A stretch of DNA of 61,277 nt, counting the filler. It is 10 parts of 10 records of this genome, joined end to end, with 100 filler letters (N's around TTAATTAATTAA, not from the genome) between each part and the next. Parts side by side here need not be neighbours in the genome. Positions count along the whole stretch, not along the records: positions 53,012 to 57,378 come from SRR7504441_6003; positions 57,479 to 61,277 come from SRR7504441_6007; 8 more parts are not named here. One strand, 5' to 3'. The number at the start of each line of letters is the position of its first letter. Positions within the stretch are counted from its first letter, which is position 1. Under the pieces are notes generated by a model. The model was not told the origin of the DNA and did not search any database. It was given only the letters and a program-made list of their open reading frames with translations. Below are positions 55,045-61,277 of the stretch, piece by piece. The position numbers and the translations under genes are program-made.

Positions 55045-56763
55045 ATGCTGAGCAATACTGTAGTGAATACGGCCGGTGGCCGTACGAGATCGATGTCCGG
55101 ATGCAGCGGCTCCGCCCAGCACGACTCGGCTCTCTCTGAACTCGAAATCCGGTGCGCCCAATGGCAGGGTGACACAGTTCAATCCATACAGCTGTTCGGT
55201 GACTGCCTCCGCCAGCATGTGGCAGCAGGGAACCCGCTGAGCACCCTAGATTGGTGGATGGCCCCGGCGGAGGCTGTGGAGCTGGTGAAGGCGATGTCGT
55301 ACAAGCTGTGCGGCCTGGCACGCTCGGGTGAGCGGATGGATCCCGAGGAGCTGGCTACAGCCCGTGCGCTGGTCGCGTTCGTGCTGCAGCGGGATGCTGA
55401 GCCAGCGGGAGAGCCGACAGCCAGCGCGGACAGCGCAACCGCCGCGCGCGAATATTTGGTTCATCCGCGGAACATCAGCGCGGTGACTGCGCGAGTATGC
55501 GACCTGACGGAGGGGCTTCTCGACCTATTCGACATTTACCTCAGCGCCGCCCTCGAATCAGGCATCGACTGCAGCGACTGGAGGGCAGTGCGGGAGCTTG
55601 AGGCTGAGTTCGCTCAGATCAGCAGGCAGCTGTCTGATATGTTCGGCCGGCTGAATGAACTGCTTCCATCCGACGGCTGCCTATGTGCAGACTACCAGCA
55701 CAGAACGAGGTGGTGGAGCCTGATGGATAACATCATGGAGGGTAGAAAGATCTGCAAAGGCGCGGAATGGGCCAATGGGATTCCCCAGAGCCTGGTTTGT
55801 GTCAATCATGCGGCGTACATGCGATTCTACCGGCGGCTGCTCTGCCATGAAATCCCGAGCTGTGTACCGCTATTCATGCAGCCCTTGCTGCACAGTTTGA
55901 ATACTTATCGGGACCAGCTGTACACCCAACCAGAGTGCCACCCGGATCTGGCTGACCTGCAGTCCGTGACGGAGTGTGCGCTCTGGCTGGCACCGGGTTC
56001 AGAGAGGCTCGGGCAATGGGGCCTCGACACCCAGTGGTGTGGGCTGCTCTGGGAGCAATGGGACCTGTTGGTGCTCCAGCCTTACGGCACCTACCTCGGC
56101 AGCTTCATTGCTGAATATGGCTCGTGCTGGAGACAGCAGACGCCGAGCTTTGATCACTACTGTAGCAATGTCCGATCAGCACACGCCGCAGAATCCAGTC
56201 TAATCGAGATAGCTTTGCTACCCTCCTTTGATTGGTTCGAGGCTGCCGAGGCGGCCGTGGCAGCCCAAATGGCGCAAGAAGGCTTCCGCGACGATTGCGG
56301 GCACTTCCATAAATGTACATTTAGTTGGTTAGCACTGTGCGGGCGCCATCCGAGGTTCAGTTCAGAGAGCGAGGCGTGCTTGGCTGCGGCTGCCGATGCA
56401 CGAGCAGAACGCAGGGCCTACTTGACTCGGACTGTGAGAGATATTCTGGATAACAAGTTGCTGCAGAATGGCAACGAACTCTTAGAGGTTGGCTCCAAGT
56501 GGCCAATGGAGCCTGGTTATCAGGCCATTCGGGTTGGGCAGGCGATTGTAGCCAGCTGCCCTGCAGAGACAGCACTCTCGTCTTCTCGATTCGGGCAACT
56601 GGGGAGTTTCAGGGCTCGACTGATCGAGGATATCGCTTTCGTGCAGCTTAGCAAACAGGACCTGCAACGCCTGGCATGTGTGTGCCGCCAGTTGTGCTTG
56701 ATGTGCCACACCTACAACGACGAAGAGGAGTTTGCCGGACTAAGCATGTTTGATGATTACTGA
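55045..56763 (+). CDS. Hypothetical helical protein with C-terminal F-box-like motif, intronless
   Basis: Long ORF (ATG at 55045 or 55093) ending ...RLIEDIAFVQLSKQDLQRLACVCRQLCLMC. Confidence 0.6.
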   Translation: MLSNTVVNTAGGRTRSMSGCSGSAQHDSALSELEIRCAQWQGDTVQSIQLFGDCLRQHVAAGNPLSTLDWWMAPAEAVELVKAMSYKLCGLARSGERMDPEELATARALVAFVLQRDAEPAGEPTASADSATAAREYLVHPRNISAVTARVCDLTEGLLDLFDIYLSAALESGIDCSDWRAVRELEAEFAQISRQLSDMFGRLNELLPSDGCLCADYQHRTRWWSLMDNIMEGRKICKGAEWANGIPQSLVCVNHAAYMRFYRRLLCHEIPSCVPLFMQPLLHSLNTYRDQLYTQPECHPDLADLQSVTECALWLAPGSERLGQWGLDTQWCGLLWEQWDLLVLQPYGTYLGSFIAEYGSCWRQQTPSFDHYCSNVRSAHAAESSLIEIALLPSFDWFEAAEAAVAAQMAQEGFRDDCGHFHKCTFSWLALCGRHPRFSSESEACLAAAADARAERRAYLTRTVRDILDNKLLQNGNELLEVGSKWPMEPGYQAIRVGQAIVASCPAETALSSSRFGQLGSFRARLIEDIAFVQLSKQDLQRLACVCRQLCLMCHTYNDEEEFAGLSMFDDY

Positions 56764-57478
56764 TGACAACTATAGTGCATGTTTTCAGTTACACGGATCA
56801 CTGATCATGATCAGTAAATAAAAGCACGTCAGTAGGTAGGGGTACATGTAGTGTTATCACTTGTTGGGAATCGGCCCATTTCTCCACTAAGACCTCATCA
56901 ATTGCTACTCAATTGCTATTAAATTGTTGCTGCAATTTTTTCTTCTTCTGCAGTGCATTTTCTATTGTTGCCGTCCTTTTTGTGGCATCCGAGAATCTGC
57001 CTTCGACTCGCGCACTTGATTTGCTCATACTCTTTACCATCATCACTGTGGGTCTTGCAAACTTTGATCTGTTCCCAATCAAAATAAGTTAGTGGATCAG
57101 CTGTTATGATACCGTTGCAAAGGCAACTTGCAATTTGTCTTTACATGCGTGGACAACATCAGAGTGTCTGCAAGTGGCGCGGCCAAAGCTTGTGGCGACC
57201 CAGCATTTGCAAGATCCGGGCTTGGGATATTTGACATCTCCAGCAGTTGTACTCATTTTGATAAGTGCTGGTGTCCTCTTGTCATCTTTAGAACCCTTCC
57301 CGCCCCGAATGAGGGATTTGAAATCACCTGTAAGGTGGGGGTGGCGGCTGGTTCGGACCACCTGCTGGCCTGGACTGGNNNNNNNNNNNNNNNNNNNNNN
57401 NNNNNNNNNNNNNNNNNNNNNNTTAATTAATTAANNNNNNNNNNNNNNNNNNNNNNNNNNNNNNNNNNNNNNNNNNNN

Positions 57479-58449
57479 AACCTCAAGCAGCGACGAGCCC
57501 ACGAACGCTTGGAAATAAAACCAGCCCACGATCCGGGCGAGCTGGCCCAGATTTCTGCTGTGGCGCGCGATGAGCAACGCCCAGGCTAACGGCAGCCCGA
57601 GGCTGGTGAGCGCGAACAGCGGCAGGTTGTGCTGAGCTTTGTGCAGCCGCCAGGAGGAGAGCCACGTCCCAGGCACCACCCGCAGCAGGAACCGATACAA
57701 GCCCTCGCCCAGCCTGGCGGTGGCCGGGTCGTGCCGGGTGGCCACCGTCCTGTGGTGCCCGTGGGTGTGCTCCAGCGCCCAGTGGCAGTACGAGCTGTTG
57801 GCCAGCAGCGCGTAACCGAGCGATTTCTCGAGCCGAGGAGCGGTCTTCGTATGGATCAACTCATGCGCGGTGGTGATCCCGATCGCCCCGTTCTTAAAGC
57901 CGAGCATGGCCATTAGCAGCACCCGATCCAGCACGCTAAGCCCCGATGCAGCGCTGCTACCGGCACGGCAACCGCTGTGTTGACTAGTGAGACCATAGCG
58001 AAGGCATACAGCACCAGCCGGTGCTTCAAGTCGTGCTGGTGGTGGCCCATTTGCTCCGCAGTCGGGTTGGTCCAGTCGTCCCCGAGCAGAAGATCCAGGC
58101 CGGGGAACAGACCGAATATAATCCAAAAGAAGATCGCGGTCTGCTTTGCTGCTGACTCGCCGCTCATCGCCCTGCGGAGCCCGAACCGGAGCAGGGCCCA
58201 CGTCTCTATCAGCCGGGCCAGAGTGGGCAGGCTGAACGAGGCGAAGGACACCCAGCCGAGCTCCGTCCGGTTCTCGCGAGCGGTCAGGGTGAACTGTTTG
58301 TTGTTTCGGCGCTGCCCGGCGGCCTCGCTGCTGTCAGCGTGCCGCTTGCGCTTGGTTGAGACCTGGAGCAGCACGGTGGCCAGCAGCATCGGGAGCCCGT
58401 ACTTGAGCACCGGCGTGTTCATGCCCGCCAGTTTGAGCAGCCGCTCCAT
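57479..58449 (-). CDS. alkB: AlkB-type alkane 1-monooxygenase (membrane di-iron), 3'-truncated, frameshift near 57960
   Basis: IFGLFPGLDLLLGDDWTNP; GITTAHELIH (His box 1); EHTHGHHRTVATRHDPATARLGEGLYRF (His box 2 plus AlkB signature); QAFVGSSLLEV immediately before the expected NYxEHYG motif, which is cut off by the contig edge. Confidence 0.82.
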
Positions 58450-58539
58450 CCCCAAAGCTGGCCGCAGGCGCGCAGCCTGGAGGGGCAGAAGCTAACGGCC
58501 AATCCGTCCGGGCCCAACTTCTTTGGCTCATCAAAGAGG

Positions 58540-60347
58540 ATGGAACTGTCCCGTGTGACGGGTAACCGGGGCATGGCTGTCGAGTACCTGGGCAGCGGCT
58601 TCATGGCCGAGTGCGCGGCGGCTGGCTTCGCGGGCACAGCCACTGTGCACGAGGTGGAGCCGCTGGTGGTCAGAGAACGCACCCGGACTGTCCGCTGCCC
58701 AGTCGACGGCCAGCCCGGCTGCGCGTATGTGAGTCTGCCGGAGGTCCCGAGCGGCGACGCTTGTTTTATGCTCAGCTATTCCTGGGTGCGTGCACCGGTT
58801 GCCCCGCTGGAGTGCGCGGGCAGGGGTACAGTGTGGCGGACATCGCGGCCAGCCTGCTCGCCTACTGTAGCGAGCGTGGGCTGGACCCTAGCGAGAGCTT
58901 TTGTTGGATGTGCTTCGCGTGCATCAACCAGCACAGGGTGGCTGCCGAGTTGGAGTTTGAGCAGTTTCGGGCCACGTTCCACTCGCGGCTGACCGCGATC
59001 GGCGCGGTCGTGGCGCTCACCACGCCCTGGGCCAAGCCCGGTAACCTCAAGCGGTGCTGGTGCCTGTTCGAGCTCTACACCGCCTTCAGCTCGGGGCTGC
59101 CAGTCGATATAGTGATGCCGCCGAAGGAGAGCCAGAGCCTGCACCAGATGCTCGCGGATCATGGCGGCCTCGACCGGTTCTTCGAGGCTGTGGCTGAGGT
59201 GCACGCCGAGAGTGCCAGCGCCAGCGTGGCAGCGGACCGAGAAGCCATAATGCAGCTGATTCGGACAGGGCCCGGTTTTGGCAAATTTGACAGTGTTGTG
59301 AAGGAGCATCTGCAGCGATGGGTGGGCGCCTGTTGTTCTGGCCTGGCAGTGAGAGCGTGGTGAGGTGTGTGATACCAGTGAGCTCTTGACCAAGCGCCAA
59401 GTCGCCTCCGGGCAGCTGGACTGCCAGGCTGCCTCAAAGGTTTCTGTAGCGGCAGCAGGCTTTTGGATTTCAACGGTTAGGTGTTTGTTCAAGTGGTCCA
59501 AATGCTTCGGTATGTGGGTCACGCAGAGCGAGCGATGGAGGCACTGCGCAAGCCTAGGTCAAAGCTCAGATCGGACAGGTGTGCGTGCAGGCCTCGGAGT
59601 TCCACCGGAAGCACGGCATGCTCACATCGCTGGAGCATGCAGCCCTTGCACGCGAGAAAGGGCTCCTCAGGAGGAGGCAAGGCGATCTTCCAGGCGCAGC
59701 GGAGGCCTATGCGACCGCTTTCCGTGCGTATGAGGGGCACAACCAAATAGAGACTACCGGCGGCGTGAGCTTGCTCGAAGCAATAGCCTCGCTCAAGGTA
59801 TGACGTCATGTGAACTGCTCGGCAAGCTGGTGCAGGTGCAAGAAGAAGAGTACCATGCAGCGCTGGAGGCCTGCTCCAGGGCCAACGCTGCGCTAGGCCA
59901 GGCAAATATAGACGCAGATGTGAAATTGGAGGTGCTCACGACTTTGGGGATCATACACGGCAAACTTGGATCTCTCGATGCCTCAATGAGCGCATTTGAA
60001 GAGGGGCTGGAACTGCTGCAAAAGGTTCAATTTTAAACCAAATCGAACCTTGAGACCGCTGGCAGGAGGAATTGTTGCGGTGCAACCCTCTATCCGCACG
60101 GCTGTGGACCATGGTTGCTGTCACAAGGATGGATCAGAATGAGCTGCAGCTTGCACAGGTGAGCTGTGCATGCCTCATTTTCATCTTTGAATCGTTGCAT
60201 GCTTACTCGCAGGAAGCTCTCGACAAAGCAAAGCACATCCGAACAGAGACTTGCACATGGGACACTCGCAATGGCGCGATCCTGATGGAAGCTATTCGGC
60301 GACTAGAAGAGATAAGAGGTCGTGTGCATTGCGACATTCTAAAATAG
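58540..60347 (+). CDS. TPR-repeat protein with N-terminal TIR/HET-like domain, several introns
   Basis: FMLSYSW|GYSVADI (38-nt intron), CWMCFACINQH, LKRCWCLFELY, AESASASVAADRE, followed by TPR-like helices (QGDLPGAAEAY, LGIIHGKLGSLDASMSAFEEGL). Confidence 0.72.
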
Positions 60348-60558
60348 TTAGCCTAACTAACACTTGAATACTTACAGTCGCCATATGCAATAGTGCGATC
60401 TAGTGCGTAGTGCGATCGAAACGACCAAAGATTAACTAATTTCAATCATATTAACTTTCATCCACACTCGTGAAAATACTTGTAGCATTCCGTCTGTACA
60501 GAAGTCCCCGCCACACCGAGTCCGCTCCCAGATCCGTTGGTTGAACCTGAACGTGGAG

Positions 60559-61277
60559 ATGGCACGAGCTGCAGGCCTCCTGGGCGGATCGGCCCTCCTC
60601 CTGTTGGTGGGGCTGGTGTCCGGGAGCAAAGGCGATGCGGCGGCGTGTTGGGATTGCTGCGATACTTGGGCTGAGGCCTCCAAGACGGCCGCCTGCCTCA
60701 AATCTTACCGAGCCTGCTACCAGGCCTCCGACAAGAAGGAAGAGTTCCTCAAGTGCCTCGAGCAGGACGCTGCCAACACGGTGGCGCTCAATCTCACAGC
60801 CGCTGAGAAGAAAGTTCTGAATAACGCCACCCAAACCAAGATGGCCGAGATGTTCAAGGATGCACTCGTCGAGATGAACGGACATTTTGTATGCCGCCCG
60901 GCCGCACCACAGGACTGATTGAGTGCTTTGTGCAGACCAAGGAACACATCATCAAATACACAGATGGTTCGAGTGAGGACGGCTGCGCACTGCCAGCTTT
61001 CGCCAACTCCCTGGCATGGGAGGCTGGCAAGAACGGCGTGGTGACAAAGACTGGTTTTGCATCGCAAGTGAGTAAGTCTCAGCAGCGGGCAACAGTGGTT
61101 GCATACTATAAAATCGCAGCAACCAGCACTGGGCTAAGCTACGTCTCACGCAAAAACATGTTCTTATGTCTCGCTAGTAAGTGCAGGGAGAGCCTCGCTG
61201 ATGAGTTGTACTGCCGCCTTGGTGCTTTCATATACGTCTTGCCACTTCTCCCACGCCATCGAGACATTGCGCTGCAG
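60559..61277 (+). CDS. Secreted Cys-rich hypothetical protein, introns, runs off window end
   Basis: Signal peptide MARAAGLLGGSALLLLVGLVSG; CWDCC...C...C; a GT-AG intron at about 60889-60935 continues the frame (TKEHIIKYTDG). Confidence 0.55.

Noticed and set aside
57104-57378. Minus-strand ORF fragment at contig end
   Set aside because: It may be the last exon of a truncated gene, but it is too short to assign.
272-60347. Alternative genetic code (TAG or TAA reassigned)
   Set aside because: TAG, TAA and TGA all terminate genes at plausible C-termini (CFAP58 TAG, V-ATPase E TAA, nitroreductase TGA). Other apparent internal stops fall inside introns; only one unexplained TAG remains.
1-61277. 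tRNA, rRNA, transposase, integrase, viral or CRISPR-Cas genes
   Set aside because: None were recognised by eye; small RNAs cannot be excluded without covariance-model searches.

Overview
This is not a prokaryotic locus. It is ten unrelated contigs of a compact, GC-rich eukaryotic genome, joined by nine artificial 100-nt spacers (N-run/TTAATTAATTAA/N-run). The organism is a flagellated protist, since CFAP58 is present; the taxon cannot be fixed from sequence alone. Genes are interrupted by very short spliceosomal introns (mostly 37-46 nt, several with GC donors), so the ORF track fragments or misses many genes. By splicing manually I recovered CFAP58, V-ATPase subunit E, a CENP-N-like kinetochore protein, an RCC1-ankyrin protein, EF-hand proteins, a DHHC palmitoyltransferase, secreted carbohydrate and polyester hydrolases, a fused double nitroreductase, a transglutaminase-EF-hand fusion and an AlkB-type alkane monooxygenase. 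Two small multi-intron genes are not represented as single ORFs. The most striking items are: (1) a WRKY + BRCT + zinc-finger protein outside plants; (2) introns bracketed by exact 12-19 nt direct repeats, one intron carrying telomeric repeats and an internal AG|GT site, and hairpins in several longer introns, together suggesting recent intron gain; (3) near-systematic head-to-head gene pairs with tiny bidirectional promoters, and palindrome-rich AT tracts at 3' ends. All family calls are from motif recognition by eye; no database search was run.
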